DNA of 64,000 nt, taken from NCBI GenBank assembly GCA_016180645.1, contig JACPAV010000004.1, positions 157,544 through 221,543 on the forward strand, written 5' to 3'. Shown here one piece after another: positions 63,340 through 64,000 of this stretch (position 1 is the first letter of the stretch; every line of letters begins with the position of its first letter). The notes under the pieces were generated by a model. That model saw only the letters and a program-made list of their open reading frames with translations. It did no database searches and was not told the DNA's origin. The stretch is from Nitrospirota bacterium. GTDB lineage: Bacteria > JACPQY01. The position numbers and the translations under genes are program-made.

Positions 63340-64000
63340 TCGGATCGGAAACGGGGTTCACCAAGGTGGTATCGGCGTTGATGAATCAGTGGAGTTGCAA
63401 CGTGGTCCGAGACTCATGGCCGACCTGCCAGGATGGACGCATGTAGAGGCTCGCCGAGGAAAGGTCTTGCGGTGACAACCTGGTTATCTCCCTCGGATCG
63501 GATGAAGGATATCTTGTTGGCAGGAGTGCATGTTCGCCCTGACCGATGCAGGGCCCTGGGAAGCACCATGAGCCGGATTCCAGGACAAGGCAGTTCTTGC
63601 GTTCCTGGGAAAGGTCTGGATTGACCAAGCGGCTGGAAGCGGGGCCGACCTGCAAGCAAGGCTGGAGTGGGAAACTGGATGGCGAACCAGGGCCACTCAC
63701 TTGAACATGCGCGAGGCGAGCTTTGGAGGATTGGCTGAGCCTCGGCCGTCCCTCCTCGCAGTCGGAGAATCCTTAGAGAAGCTTGATTCCGGGAACCGCA
63801 AAGCCGGATCCTGTGCTCAGATCGCCAAGGCGAAGCACGCGACTATTTGCAGGAGTGCGCAGCATGTAGCGGCACCACCAAAGATTGGAGGTCCAAGACG
63901 GGCAAAGGCCCCTGAGAGCCGCAGAATGCGTAACCCCCCAGGATTGGCCTCTCAAAACATGCCGAGTCCTCGCGAATGCGCTACTGAAGATCGCCGTGGA

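Overview
GC-rich bacterial chromosome segment spanning the replication origin. Gene content and order (glyA-nrdR-ribD-ribE, LPS heptose enzymes, large lipoprotein hydrolases) suggest a Gram-negative deltaproteobacterium-like lineage, which is inference only. Core genes: nadA, gyrB, dnaN, dnaA with DnaA-box clusters on both sides, rib/nrdR/glyA, gmhB-hldA, trmJ-ugd-uxs-lepA-lepB, amrB-coaE-purM-purN, lspA, radical SAM and glycosyltransferases, cyclic-nucleotide signalling genes, and a parS site near the right end. Three accessory islets are present: 11.4-12.9 kb (three uncharacterised, translationally coupled genes inserted between nrdR and ribD), 34.6-37.1 kb (truncated AbiV plus two VapBC pairs) and 48.1-50.5 kb (truncated ParE module plus a MazF module). 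Highlights: (i) a candidate new tripartite toxin-antitoxin-chaperone-like defence cassette with a papain-fold Cys/His enzyme; (ii) a selenocysteine (UPYC) glutaredoxin truncated by the ORF track, with a SECIS-like hairpin, apparently leaderless and coupled to an HD-GYP phosphodiesterase; (iii) many leaderless promoters and two probable non-canonical starts (ACG for lspA, ATA for a diguanylate cyclase); (iv) several families of miniature repeats, some inserted in-frame in housekeeping genes. All calls come from reading the sequence by eye; no database searches were run.
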